Source of the DNA: Trichoplax adhaerens
Lineage: Eukaryota; Animalia; Placozoa
Assembly (NCBI RefSeq): GCF_000150275.1
Contig: NW_002060959.1
Span: 742,371-806,370 of the forward strand
Direction: 5' to 3'
Length of the DNA: 64,000 nucleotides
Below the pieces are notes generated by a model. The model searched no databases. It saw nothing but the letters and a program-made list of their open reading frames with translations, and had not been told where the DNA came from. This document shows positions 12,958-26,800 of this stretch, piece by piece. The first letter of the stretch is position 1. Each line of letters starts with the position of its first letter. A program made the translations under genes and the position numbers.

Positions 12958-13842
12958 AAACAGTATCCGAGATTTCGAGCGCGATACTGTACAGTGTACT
13001 GTACTGTACACTGTACACTGTACAGTACGGTCAGTTCAAAATTGTACACAGTACAGTACTGTAGGGTTTCAGACGGACGTACAGTACAGTACTGCACAAT
13101 GTACTGTAGTGATTTCGTGCGCGATACTGTACAGTACTGTACAGTACAGTACAGTGTACAGTACAGTACTGCACAATGTTCTGTACTGTACTGTACAGTA
13201 CTATAGTGATTTCGTGCGCGATACTGTACAGTACAGTGTACAGTACGGTCAGTTCAAAATTGTACACCGTACTGTAGGGTTTCAGACTGACGGACTATAC
13301 ATCATGATCATCTCTCTTCGGAGATATTCTTCTATGGGTATATATGTACTGTACTATACTATACAGTACTGTACAGCAATTTCAACGGAATGCAACTTTG
13401 ATTGATTTTGGAACGAAGGGGAGACATGGAAAATAATCAGATTGTACACTGTTCAGTGTACAGTATTGCACAATGTACTGTAGTGTAGTCTACAGACACA
13501 CTAGCTGAAAAAGCCAACAAACGACCGCTGAAAATAGTTCAAACACCCGCGGTGGGTAAAATGGCAAATTCAAGCATTTTGTTTGTCATACTAAAGCCTA
13601 TTAACTCCTTTACAATGAAGTTCATTCCTATGATACAGTATGTACTGTACGCAGCCTAGACACAATACAGTACAGTACAGTACTGTAGTGTACAGTACAG
13701 TATACAGTACAGTACAATCCACTACAGTACAGAACTGTGCTGTGTACTGTACAGCACTGTACTGTACTGTAGCGTATGGACGTTGACTTTGATACCGACC
13801 GTCAATCAAGTACTGTACGGTGCAGTACGTTAGTGTACAGTA
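12958..13842. repeat. TACAG/CTGTA-rich palindromic low-complexity repeat block with internal duplications
   Basis: Dense (TACAG)n/(TACTG)n arrays at about 12958-13376, 13441-13490 and 13631-13842. GATTTCG(A/T)GCGCGATACTGTACAGT recurs at 12971, 13111 and 13208; CAGTACGGTCAGTTCAAAATTGTACAC recurs at about 13023 and 13241. Confidence 0.9.
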
Positions 13843-13876
13843 CTTAGCCAACTACTGGAATCCAAAAAAGTCCAAA

Positions 13877-15410
13877 ATGGCGGAAAAAAGTCTTGCAAGC
13901 GATGGCGGTTTCCCCCGTCAAACAACCAGCAATGTCAATGTCAATGCAGCAGTAGAGACATTAGATAGTAAGTTGAAATTTCATAGTCATATCAAGTGCC
14001 ACTTTTTCTACTGTACCAGATTATCTCTCTATCTAGCACCCTGAAGAATAAACCCGGATCATATTGCGCCACATAATCATCCATCCCTTTGTCGATACAG
14101 TATATATATATACAGTAGATAGCCATTTTCAATCTCCAGTCCAGTGATGGCATAACAAAATTACAATTTGCCTGGTACATAGCCAGCTTGAGTCAATTTT
14201 GAATCATAATCTTACTATCAGGCAAGACAGTGAGTCAAAAGACGTAGAGTTCGCTTTGATGGACGGTCAGAGTATTTTCCACATTTTCTATTAGCGACCA
14301 TTTGGATTAGCGGACGAGCAATGATCGTCAAAGCTGATCATTGTCATTACGTCATCGACGTGCAAAGAGTTCTTGCTGATCAGCATCAACAAAACTAAAA
14401 TACACCAATGGCGTTACTTATCGTCAATCAGAGCACGAGTAATGCTCGTGGCTGTTGGTAATCAATTTACTTTTGCTGATGAAAGGGGATTACAATAGTT
14501 GCAATACAGTAAGTGACCGTCCATATCACGATCAAGTAGAGGAGATACGACACTTGATCAACTTCAGGAAGTTGATTAATTTGTAATGATGTCTTATTGG
14601 AAACTCTTTAAATTATTCTAATGGATTGTTGACGCTATTAAAGTTGGGCATTTTCTTCATAAGGCTTTTGATCACTGTGGTATTTCTGCCATTGTTAGCT
14701 CTTAATCAGCTGGATGTTTTCACGCCTTAATGCTGCAGCCGTCATGTTACTGATTCATTCGTGATAATGTTCATCTTTTATTATTCTAGTTGTTCAAGAA
14801 ATATCCGATCTACTTAATACTGGATTAGACCGTAAGACATTATCGATATGTGTGCAATTGTGCGAAGCTGGCATCAATCCTGAAGCGTTAGCTTTTGTTA
14901 TCCAAGAGTTGAGACGCGAAACGCAGAAATTTAAGGTGATCATGATATGTGCCGATGTAATTGTCAGTTGCAAGTTGATCTTGCCTAATCGTTGTATGAT
15001 TCAAAATTGCTTGCGCATAAATTATTTAATCATGTCTCATGTTAGCAATGAGTAATATAAAAAAATAATAATTGTAACAGAAAGATAGTTGTATTCTTAT
15101 CGGCTTATCCTTCATCATCTTAGCAATCAACTTTGCAGTAGTAAACGAACATCGCTTCTGATGGTGACACATATCGACCGATGCCAGCGGTAGAAATAGC
15201 TCAAACTGTAAATAAAAGACAACCAATCTCCTCTTCTTACAAATTTCGCTATGGCTATAGTAATCAAGCAATTTCCTAGGGATAAGATCATTGGCGACGA
15301 AGATAGCATTTCTACTAATTCCAGCAGTAGTCAATGTCAACTGTTGGTGGCTTTATGTTCATCTTCTATAGATGATTGATTTGCAGCTGGCATCGACTTC
15401 AAATTCATAA
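13877..15410 (+). CDS. MZT1: Mitotic spindle organizing protein 1 (MOZART1/GIP), gamma-TuRC component
   Basis: Exons 13877-13967 (..AAVETLD, gtaagt donor), 14790-14935 ([44 protein letters not shown], the MOZART1 signature) and a probable last exon 15387 (or 15372)-15410. Confidence 0.92.
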
Positions 15411-16846
15411 TGGAACTATTTGAATGTCATCATTAATTCATATTCTATTGACTCTCAATTATACGATTAAAGTGTCCGTATGGGACTGCGTTGATAGCCG
15501 CGATCGAATAGGCCTCATGACGAGTATGCTTGCTAAGATATGCACCATGATGTTTCACACTACAATCAATAATATCATTGGAATGATCATTTTGATACTT
15601 TCTGTCTCTATAGACATCTTCTATGAATCGGTCTCTACTTTAATTTTTGCTTGCTAACAGTTATAACCTTTTCTAACTATTCTGAGGTAATCTATTCCAG
15701 TTCTAGGCAATTCATAATATTACTGTAAAGTATGCAACAATGAAATGTTTTATAGTTTATCAATTTGAAGTTGGTAATTGCACACCACCCACAGTTTGGT
15801 TTGTGAAAATCAATGTTAATTATTCACGAATTATTGAAAAATTCCCTGCCACCATGACGATGTTTGTATTTATTTATTCGACCTTGTTGGATTAATTAAA
15901 AGTTTTAGACGGATAGTTTGGCTTAAAACCTTTGTTAAATTTTGATCTGGCCAAAGTGTAAACGATGAACTATAGTCTATTTCTGCTGCTTATAAACCTC
16001 ATGATAATTGTCCTTGTCTGATAATATGGCTTATGCAATGGCTGTTATTTAACATAGGAAAAAACAAATCCGTTAATTACTATTAATGAGACCAATGCAT
16101 CATTTTTAAATTTATTCGTCTCTTAGATTAGACAAGCAAAGAAATAATACTGATGCTTACATGCTCAGTCTTGGTATTACAGTATAACATTGCATACTCG
16201 AACGCTAAGTTATAGCATCAAATTTAACGTCGCCCGAAGCGAAGCGTATTAACAAAGTTTGCAGAAAGACAGATTGATAGACTACAATCAAATCTTAAAT
16301 TAGCCACAGATTATTAGAATAGATTACGGTATTTCATTCCTCTGTCGCAATTATCAAATAATGACTGCAGGACGAGTAACTTTAAATCGACCAACATAGA
16401 GAACTCGCTATATCTCACACTTGATGAACAATACACAGTATAAGAAGAAAAATGTAGGAAGAATAAATTCAATTCCTGTAGAAACATGGGCTGTACTAGC
16501 CACAAGTGACTGAGTAACCACCTTAAGTGTTAATATATAAGGATTAAAATGGTAAAAATATAAGAAATGAATGCAATACAACAGCAAGGATAACTTAGTA
16601 CAGGCTACGCTTTCGCATACGTATTAGATAATTGAATACTGTTTGTAAAATAATATTTTATGGCAACCAGGAAGACTAGCCGTGATACAGCGGACCGGAC
16701 AGTAGTCAAAATGTTTATCGATGCTTGATTCTACACTAGCCCATCAATCCTGTAGTTGAACGTTTAAAGATACCGTAGGCCGCATCTTATAGCCTTCCTA
16801 TATGAATCCTATGATGTAAAGTACCCGTTCGCAATATCAGTAATTC

Positions 16847-19030
16847 TTAATGATGTGGTTGACTTTTTCGCCATTTTGTACGTCGGTTCTGGAACCAAAC
16901 CTTAACTTGATTTTCAGTCATCCCCAGCACGAAAGCTAAGCGTGATCGTTCTGGTCCCACCACGTACCTAGTTTTTTGAAAAACGTTTTCCAAGGCCAGT
17001 ATTTGCCTACCCGAAAATGTAGGTCGGGAATGTTTATCTGACGAATCAGGAGAGGAGTTGCTACGTATTTCATTTCCGGTACCTACTAAAAATGCAATAT
17101 TATATTAGTATACTCAGCAAGCCAAGAACCTTCACATTACGCGTAAAAGAGAAGAACTGTAGAATTATTCATTATCGTATACTCCAAATGGATTATGACT
17201 GATTCATCACCGTTTGCATTGTCTATTTTTAGCTAAGTGCATATAATTTTTAAGTGACCTGTCTTAATCAATCATGTTATGCCGTTGATGGCCTCTCGAT
17301 ACTGCTAATCATGGCATAAAATGACCAATGATACCGACCGATATTATAGCGAGGCACGGTAAAAAAGACATCATTTTCTTAAAATGTTGGGAAAGTTGAT
17401 GTATGTCTGTGGCGCACCTGCCGGCATGGGGACGATTTTTATCGCAGACACTTCTTTACTGGTTTATGGTTTACTTGACCGACCGTAGAAATACGAATAT
17501 GTTTCATTATGTACTGAATGACTGAGTACCATAAAAGTTTGAATCCTTAAGGCGACCAATTCTAAGCTTTCAATACGATGTTTGTGTGGCTACCGCTACT
17601 AAAACTATTCTATCTAATTACTGACCATAAAAGTGCCCATCAGTATTTTAATGTAGGTCTTTATACTAGTAAATCTATTACAGGCAACAATCCTAATTTT
17701 TTATAACAAATTTCGCGTAATAGGGACTAAGGATACTCTCTTTTTAGTTAATCAAGATACTAATAGCTTAAGCAAGTTCATATAGCAGTTGTGGATAACT
17801 TGACCATGACACTAGGTTCGAAATTTATATCTTATCGTTTTACTTCTAATTTAGGTCAACAACATCAATAGATACACCCAATATTCCTACCATATTGTAT
17901 GTAGGTAAGGTATCTACTAGTTTATATGGGTTCAATTTCAATCTGAGAATAACCAGGAAATTTTACTGTTGCTAAAGCAACTACCTTCTATTAGGCTTTG
18001 ATCGAACGTCAAACTAAAGTTGATTCACTTAATTGAATTGTCAATTTTTTAATATGTTTAATGAAAATAAAGTTGTACCAATAGGGTGCGAATCGATTTC
18101 GTATAGTTACCAGAGGACATAGAAACTATTTTTATAAAGGCGTCATGATCGGATGATCTATGGATTTATCCATTAATTATTGTATTAGAAATAAAAGCTA
18201 TCAATTTATTGAAGCGAAAGAAAAATGATTTCTTATTTATTACAGCTTAACGAATTTCAGGTATACGTACTACTATTCTGGTAGTATCAACTGAATACTT
18301 TCAATCATGATTCTTGATTTATGCACGAGACCGTAGATCAGCTTATCACTTCTCAAGACCTTAATTAATTTTTTAAGTTAAGTTTTTCGATCATAGAAGA
18401 TGGCTTCGTAGCCAACCAATTTTACTCTGTAATTGGTGCTATATTTCACCTTCATTATAGTTTCCAAAATGGAATAATGGCATCAAACAAAACAAGAAAA
18501 ATGACGGTGCAGTTTTGAAAGTCATTTTCTAGGTTTACTATTCTATCTGATATTTCATTCAATGGAACAAAAATTAGCTGATTGAATTAACAAAATATTC
18601 AAAAAAATGTCTACCTACCTAAAGTAGACTGTTGAGATGGCAGCCAGTAATTAACATTTCGATGTTTACTTGTCGTGTAGATATCGTTTAATGCCACTGG
18701 ATCACAGTTGGAATCGATAGAATTAGGAGAAATTTCATCGCGATCATAGTGATGACACAGATTAGAGTTACTATTATATAAGTAGTTATTATTGCAGCTG
18801 TTCGATTTACTACCACTGTTGCTACTAGTACAAGTAGTATTTATGTTCTGATTCAAGAAAGATTTATCATATCGGGTAAAATGCGATGATGGTAGAGCTA
18901 AGTCATAGGGTGGGATTAAGAAATGATTACTGACATCATTGCTGTATGAGTATGGAACGATGGAATTGGATGCAGCTGCCATAATTAAATTATTATTATA
19001 ACGCGAATAAGATGATGGAGTAGTAAGCAT
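16847..19030 (-). CDS. NK6: NK6 (Nkx6/HGTX-family) homeobox transcription factor, 2 exons, ~200 aa
   Basis: Exon 1 is 19030-18619 (Ser/Asn-rich, ends ..[12 protein letters not shown]|gtaggt). Exon 2 is 17037-16847 and encodes [60 protein letters not shown]. KHxRPTFSGxQI, GPER, [21 protein letters not shown] is diagnostic of NK6. The homeobox exon is absent from the supplied ORF track. Confidence 0.93.
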
Positions 19031-19180
19031 TTTTTTAATAGTGAAACGGTAAAGCTTCGGAAAAACCCTTCTAAACAAAGAAAAATACGAAATAGATGAT
19101 ACCACAAGTTAACTTTGCGCCGTTGGCTTTCTCACTGCCAATGTTATCAAAATCGTTCTGAAAAGTTCGAGAAGATGACT

Positions 19181-19187
19181 ATTTATA
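19181..19187 (-). promoter_or_regulatory. Candidate TATA box of NK6
   Basis: TATAAAT on the minus strand about 150 bp upstream of the ATG at 19030. Weak evidence in AT-rich DNA. Confidence 0.35.
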
Positions 19188-22100
19188 ACGTCGCCAGGGC
19201 CAAAACGTTAACTTATTACTGTAATAGTACGATTATGTTAAGAGCATTTATAGAAGATTGAAAGGAAAACGATGACTTAATCAATAAATTCATCATTTCC
19301 TGAATACCTAATGATATGAGTCCCTTTTGATTGTCAATTTTGGATTAATAATTCAATAATCGAGTTTACGTTGATAAATATTTGAACACTTTTTCCCGGC
19401 AACATTGGACTAAGAGGAGGAGACAATCATTTGTTCAACTTTTGCTTCATTAGTTTACACATAGAGAGAAATAATGCAATTTACAACATACAATTTGAAC
19501 TATTATGTAATATTAGTAATTTATGGATAAGATCAACATAATCCATAAGATAATGGATCAATATCAAAATGATAATCATCATCATTATCATTACGCAACA
19601 ACTACAACCAGTGCTAAATTAAGAAGAAGAGAAAATAATGGAAATAGTACAATAGCTAAAAGTCTGAAATCAAAGAGGAGGAAACTGCTCTTAGGTTTCC
19701 AATTGCAAAACAATTGTACGCCTGAATTAGTTATAACGAGAACTAGAGTACGCTAATGTTGACATCATGATCATTAGATTCGAGATAAGCTACATTAGAA
19801 GACTGATAATGTCATGATTGATGTCGACAAGTAATTTATCAGTTAGAATTCAATAATATTATATCATATCATGGGTGAAAACGACAAGTAGGCAAATTTA
19901 GGGATTAGGTTTACATAGCCATTAGGGCAAACGGTACCAATGATGAATGATTTTAGCCCAGTACTGTACAATGTGAAATAAGTATTTGTTATCAAAATAT
20001 CATTATGGATAATTGGATACATTTGATCAAGTAGTATTTCTCTAAGTTTAAATGTATACGCTAGTTTGTTTTTTTTAATAATAAACATTCTTAAAGACAA
20101 CTAAAGCCAGTTGATTAAAATTTAGATCATGACAGCCTTCATTCACAAGTCAAGTTATTATCGGGTAGTATTAATAGAAAAAAATGAATCATTTTACTTT
20201 AATTTATGCTTATTGTTATATTCATGATCATCAATAAATATATCATTCTATTATATACTATTAGTTTAATGAATAGTTTATCAATTGTTATGTGTTCTCA
20301 TAACTCCCATGTACATTTTATAAATGAATATAATGGATCTAATGTTGCACTACCCTGATGTGATGCAGTAGACTAAAGTAGTAAATAATATCTTAGCAGC
20401 CGCTTATAGACCTTTTTCGCCTTTGCAGTACTGAAGAGTCTAATTACTGGCAATCATTTGATTAACAAAGTTGAGAAAACACTTAATTTTAGATAGATTT
20501 TTCTCTTCGATTGTATCTCTATTAGTTATTTTCAACCGTAAGAAACAATAAGAAATTCAACACGGTAGTAATTAACGACTAAGTCAACACGGTCCCCTAA
20601 ATATCTTCCAGAAAAGATTAGATTGAGATATAACTTATTTAAAGATGCATGACAAACTATGTCTATATGGTATATTATATATATTGGCATATATGCAACT
20701 GTTAGAAATAGATTTCGTTGAACTACTGTAACTGGGAATCTTCCCAATAGAATACAAATTATGAAAATATTCCTATTTCTTCAGCATTGTTCAATTGCCA
20801 CGTATTATAATATCTTCAGTAGTAAAATTTTTAGTCGCTGACTGATAAGCTATCGAAAGCCTTTGGTATTCTTAAATATCAAAAATGCTAAAAAATATAT
20901 AAAATTAAAATAGCGGTGTTACTGTTAGGTATTATATGCAATTACTCGAAATTATTAATAATAGATGATGATATCTATTTAATATTGTTATCTCTGATGC
21001 TGTCAAATTCGTGTACACAGTACAGGTGGGGCAATTGAAGTCATTCCAATAATTATATTATTGGTATTACAATTCATTTGCTGAAGACAACCGCTCACAG
21101 TATCTCATCTTAAGGAGATTCAGCAATTCTCTGTAATCAATAGCAATTATAATATAACACCAAATACATCTACAGCCATTATCGTACCAACTGTTTTAAT
21201 TTGTTTAATTGCGATAATATAAGAATAGGCAAATTGAATGACTTTTTTTCATTACTCGCTACAAGAAATAAAAGATGAATCATTTTAAGCATAATACGTT
21301 TATACTTTAATTGCAAAGAAAATCCTAAATTCTAAACCATAAATCACTTATATTACCGTACCAAATTCTGAAAATCGATAGCCATATAATGCCGTAAACC
21401 TTATCAGTTCACACCATTAATCTAGAATTCTAATCTAAAAGAAGGGCTTTGGGAGCTTATAAGTTGATATAGTAAGAGGTAGAAAATCAAGCGTTAATTT
21501 CGCACGCAATGACCGTTAGTTTCGGTCTACAATTTGCGAACACACTAGAAATAAGTTTAAAAGCTAAATCTTGCCAATTACTTCATCATGTTTATCCATT
21601 CTGGCCACCTTATGGCAATCTGTATACTCTGTTTAGAAAGCAATATTCTCTACCGATTGATTAAGGCATAATTTTCCATAGGATAATTTAAATTTGGTAA
21701 CGGCACACAAAAACTAAATGCTGCTACAATTCTAGTAATTAATTCCTGACCTATGAAACATCTAGAGTGAAGAATAATTCGATTGTTACATGTTGTAATC
21801 TCATTATGCTTTATGCTAGCATTATTTTCAAAATTTGATATATCATAGCATAACATAAGCGCTTTAAGCTAATCTATGATCAGAGATCTTCAGTACTAAT
21901 GAAAATACATTCCTAGTATCCTTTTAAGCGGTTTTTTCAACTTAGATGACCATCATACGTTCGGTATATCATGGCAGATCATGATGCTCCTGCTATTGAA
22001 TTAATGTAATTACAACCCATTTTTTTAAATTAAGTTTCATTCTATAATTTAACTTTACATCATAAAATCCTTGATAAGTACGTAAATTTTCTCAGTTACT

Positions 22101-24516
22101 GCTGAATAGAATATTTAATAATGTTAATTTTAAAATTAATGCATCCGTTTAATCCTGTCTTAATTTATAATAATTACAAGATCGACTACCACAAGCCAAA
22201 CTGGCGGAATATGTATTATTATATTGTTGAAAGCCAACTAATGGAACCATTTGAACGAATCTTAATGCTCACCAGCCGTCTATTATAATACATTTCCCCA
22301 CTTTAAATTAAATAGAATAAACAACTAGGACAATTAAGTTTATTGTAAAATGGCTTTATTGCGCAATGTCAATTAATTTCAATCGTTTAATAATCTATTT
22401 CTTGAAGGACTTCATTAGAATAGTTAATGTATACGACATTTTAAAGTGGCTCGTAAACATTTTTATTGGTGCACTGAATATAAGTAGTTGTTAGAATACT
22501 TATCAATTATTTTCAAAAGCCGATATCAGATCATTGTAATCTTAGTAGATATTGCAAATTACAACAGACATCAAAATACGCGAAAAGTTTAAATTAACAA
22601 AAATATTGGCTTATTTTGATAAAGTAGCTGACACTGGCGATAATTTTTTTAGGCTAGTTATTCAAATTTTAATACTGCTAAATCTTAAGTTATGATTTCA
22701 TCTAAAGTAGCTTTTTATTTATCTGCAAAAAAGATTTAGTGTAAAAATGTAGTCTACCTGCTACCTGAAAAGAATAACTTAAACTTGCTTGAATTAAAGA
22801 TAGGACCGATTAAATATTTTAATAGTCATGCAAAAAATAATTTCATCTCCAAATTAACACTATTTCAAAGGAAAAATTGTATTAATTCTGTCATATGAAT
22901 CTTATATTATCACTATAATTTAGGTAATAACAAAACTATCTTACAAACATTCTGCTCACAAATATCTAAATTATGATATTAAATACAGAATGCATATTAA
23001 TTGAGAATATCGGTTACAGATTGAGTTGCAACCTGAATTTAAATTTAATAAAAGATATGAAAAAACGCATAAGTACACTTATGAGGTTTCATAGGTTTGA
23101 AAGTGTTACACGAAGATTATCCTGTCTCTTAATTTTGACTACATGAAAGTTAATAGAATTAACTACCGGAAAATTTCGTTTAAAGAATCACAAATATGAC
23201 CGTCTGTCAATCATTATGTACTTTATTGGAATATAAAGAATCGAAAAGGTTAACCATTCCATTATTATTTATTGCCATATTGAAATGGGTATAGTAGAAT
23301 ACACTTACATAATGATAATGATGTACTATACCTGAAAATACTATAAGTTTCGAGAAAAAAGCTCTGCAAGCAAAATTCCCATTAACAATTTAACGTTAGC
23401 TGCTCTTGAATATTTAAGGTATAAAGTCATTTACTGCAATTTCTGGGCTCCTTACTCTTAGCTTGTGAGATGCAGTAGCTTGCTTGCTTAGAATATTGAT
23501 ATAAGTTAGAATATTAATGTTTCCACAAGTCCGTTGAAAACATCGTAAACTGGTAAGAAAATTCTAAGTAAATCGATTAGAAATCATTTTTACGATACAG
23601 AGACTATTCTGTCTACCAGAACTCCAACATGACTGAATATTTTAAGACATATACTAATTTTTATCTATTATGTACTAAAATCTCGACAAAAACATATATT
23701 AGAGGCGTAAAATTTCGTAAAAGTGAATCATTACGGCCATGAAAGAGATCTATCTCATCTATGTATCGTTGACAGTCGAATCAATTTTCAATATATATTT
23801 AGATATATTGCATAACGTACTGGTATACAAAGTCCGAATTATATTTTTATATTCTGATACTGTAAAAGACCTGCTTAAAGTTTCACAGCACGAAATATGA
23901 ACCTTGAAAAACATTTATTTATATATTATACCATTTATAATTATCAGTTCTATAGCAATCGTTTTTGGGAAAGAAAACTTTAACGTGTCATCAGATGTGT
24001 TACAAGCGCACTAAAGGGAAGCATTGCCGTAATTAACCGGATTTTACCGTAACAATGTTATTTTCTATCGGTAACAATGCGGTAGTCGTAGTAAATTTCA
24101 GTCTAATATATATCTACGCTTGTGCTATATGATGAAAATTTATCATAATGTGGGCTACAGCTGCTAATTATAATCTTTATTTCTCATAGTAAAATGTAAC
24201 GTAATAACAGATTTGGTGAAATTTTCATTTTCTTTAATTGTATTCACAAATTTAATTTAATTAGCATAAGAAATATTCTTTATTAATTAGTTTAGTATTA
24301 ACTGTAATTTACTAGTGACAAAATATAAGATCGTAAGTGTTACGATTATTCAATTCGTTAGGCTACTAGTATTCCTGCGGTTATTAAATGCTTTATTATG
24401 TGAGGAAGTAAACTTGTGATAAAACTTAATATAAATGTTTAAACGAAATCAATTCTTAAGGCGTAGTTATAACAATATTATAATAAACTGATAAAAATAT
24501 TTTCAAAGTATAGAGT

Positions 24517-25073
24517 TGTCACAAAACAGTTTTGCAACAAGATAACGCAATATACGATCAATAAGTCAATTCCTTGAACCACGTATCAAGGAACGATATC
24601 TGCACTATCACAAACACTTTTGCTCTACTAGCAGACTACACAAAGACTTAAACGCCTCGTATTTTACGTTAAACACTAAGTTAGACAATTCTTCTTTATT
24701 TCACGATATACTGCATTTATATACTATTCCTCAATAGTTCACGAGTCATAGTTAATACAATTAACATTAGAATCATTTACTGAATTAGATATTAATTTTA
24801 GCTACTGCTCCCTTAATGCAGACAACAGTATTTACGAACATAGACATGTAATGAAAGTAAATTACAATCACAATGATTCGAACTGTAAGCAGATGATTTG
24901 CATTCCCTAACTATTATAATTTCAGTATGTGTATAAGTGTCACTGTCATAAAAAGTCAGTGCTATATTAAAATACAGTATATCCAAATTAGAAGTTAACT
25001 AAATAAGGATAGTCTAACAGAATTATCCTAACATAGTTATTTCTACTGTAATACAGTATTTAACACTGTAACA
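24517..25073 (-). mobile_element. Solo LTR, family 1, copy a (557 bp)
   Basis: Plus strand reads TGTCAC...GTAACA, flanked by the 5-bp TSD AGAGT (24512-24516 and 25074-25078). Reverse complement of the copies at 36955 and 37977, with an internal deletion of about 70 bp. Confidence 0.88.
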
Positions 25074-26800
25074 AGAGTACTAATAACTCCATATTGCTTG
25101 TTATGTTTTGATTGAGTGATATAGCTTAAGGAATTTGGTCGATTGTTATCCCTTATCATTCGGTGCATGTCCATAGAATTCTTAACAAGCTAATAGTATT
25201 ATTGGAAATTCAACAAAATTCCCAGTCGATGTATATGATATTCCCTTACAATTGTAAAATCCCTGCAAGTACTAATCCAAGATAAACTGCAAAGAAATAA
25301 TAACATTATAATACTCCCAAGCATACGCATAACGTAGTCGTATGGATAACTACCAAGGTAAACATTTACTTAAAGTAATTCTGGGCAAGGTTAATCAATG
25401 CAAACATTCTCTTTCCTAATTAAAATGACTAGATTCAATTCCTATCACTGTTTGATTCTTACCTATGAAGATACAAGCTACTTTTAATTTGTACTTTATA
25501 TCCTTCATCGAACGCTAGCTATGGCACCAACTGTACAAATTTTACAATTAATTTTATACATAATTTCTATAAAAACAAAAATTATTTAAATACGAGCTAA
25601 TTTTCCATATTTTATCCACAATTTATGCAATAATTTTCCAAAATCACCAGCGTTAGCACTATAAATAAGGAAGTCAGTCGAAACGATATACAATGAATTA
25701 ATCGAAAGCGCGTAGAATCAAATTCCAATTTATTAACTTATTCTAGCTAAATTTTGAATATTTCATGGGAAATTGCTCAGTCTTCTTAGATAACGAAGTG
25801 AGAATATTAAGAATTAGAGGCAAAGAAAGTAAACAGCTATATAGTATCATTTAATATTACCTTATTGTATAGGAAAATTACATTAATGTACTAGCGACGA
25901 ATAAATCCTACGGCAAATCGTGCCATTACTAGGTATTAAGCATCCTGGGTTTGATATTAGGATCAAGTAGGCTGGTTACGGAATGACTATTTCAAAAACA
26001 CACGAAGTTGGTTTCCGAGTAATACAATCTATAACTTCAATATTATCATTTTAATTCTTGATAACTGCGTGCTTATAAAGTTTGTGTGGATAACATAACT
26101 TATGGTAAGATTTAAGTTTAATAAACGATCCACGATAATAATTTAGACATAATCTTAACAGTGAAGTTTAATTTCACAGCGATTTCTTTCAAATCCACAT
26201 CGTTGTTAATATTATGTTACATGTTTGACAATTTCAACTTTTAGCCTCAACATTTACTAAATTTATCCTAAGAACAAGTATGTTACGGTATTACTTCATC
26301 CTAGAATTATAGGATTTTAGCAAGCATCACTCTAGCATAGTTAACGATCCATTTTATTCCGTAGATAAATTCATAGAAATGTCGTTTTCTATTTATAATA
26401 ACAATAAATTTAACGTTCATAAAAGCTATTCGATAAGATATAATCCTAACTTATAACAGAATTTTAAACAAAAACGAGTCTATCGGCAGAAACGTAAATT
26501 ATAGAATGCTTCAATATATATTCGTTGCTTCCATTTATTCTACTGTATCTCGTGGAATTTATAACCATTACTTTTTACAACGAAATCACATTTTAGATAT
26601 AAGATTACTTTGTATAATTTAATAATATTCTATCCGCATTTGCAATATGAATATATTCATCTGGAAACGATAATAATTCTGTTCGTAGTATACTATACAC
26701 AAACCACGGAAAATTCTTAAATCATTGACTACTCGGTTATAAATTTAAATGATACATTTGTCACATACAGTTAGATAAATCGAATAAGATACTGCTCTAT

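Noticed and set aside
12971-13290. Three ~24-bp direct repeats resembling a CRISPR array
   Set aside because: The spacers are themselves repetitive and unequal, the context is eukaryotic, and there are no cas genes.
12874-13851. ORFs rich in YCTVQ/STVLY repeats on both strands
   Set aside because: Artefacts of the stop-poor TACAG/CTGTA pentamer repeat.
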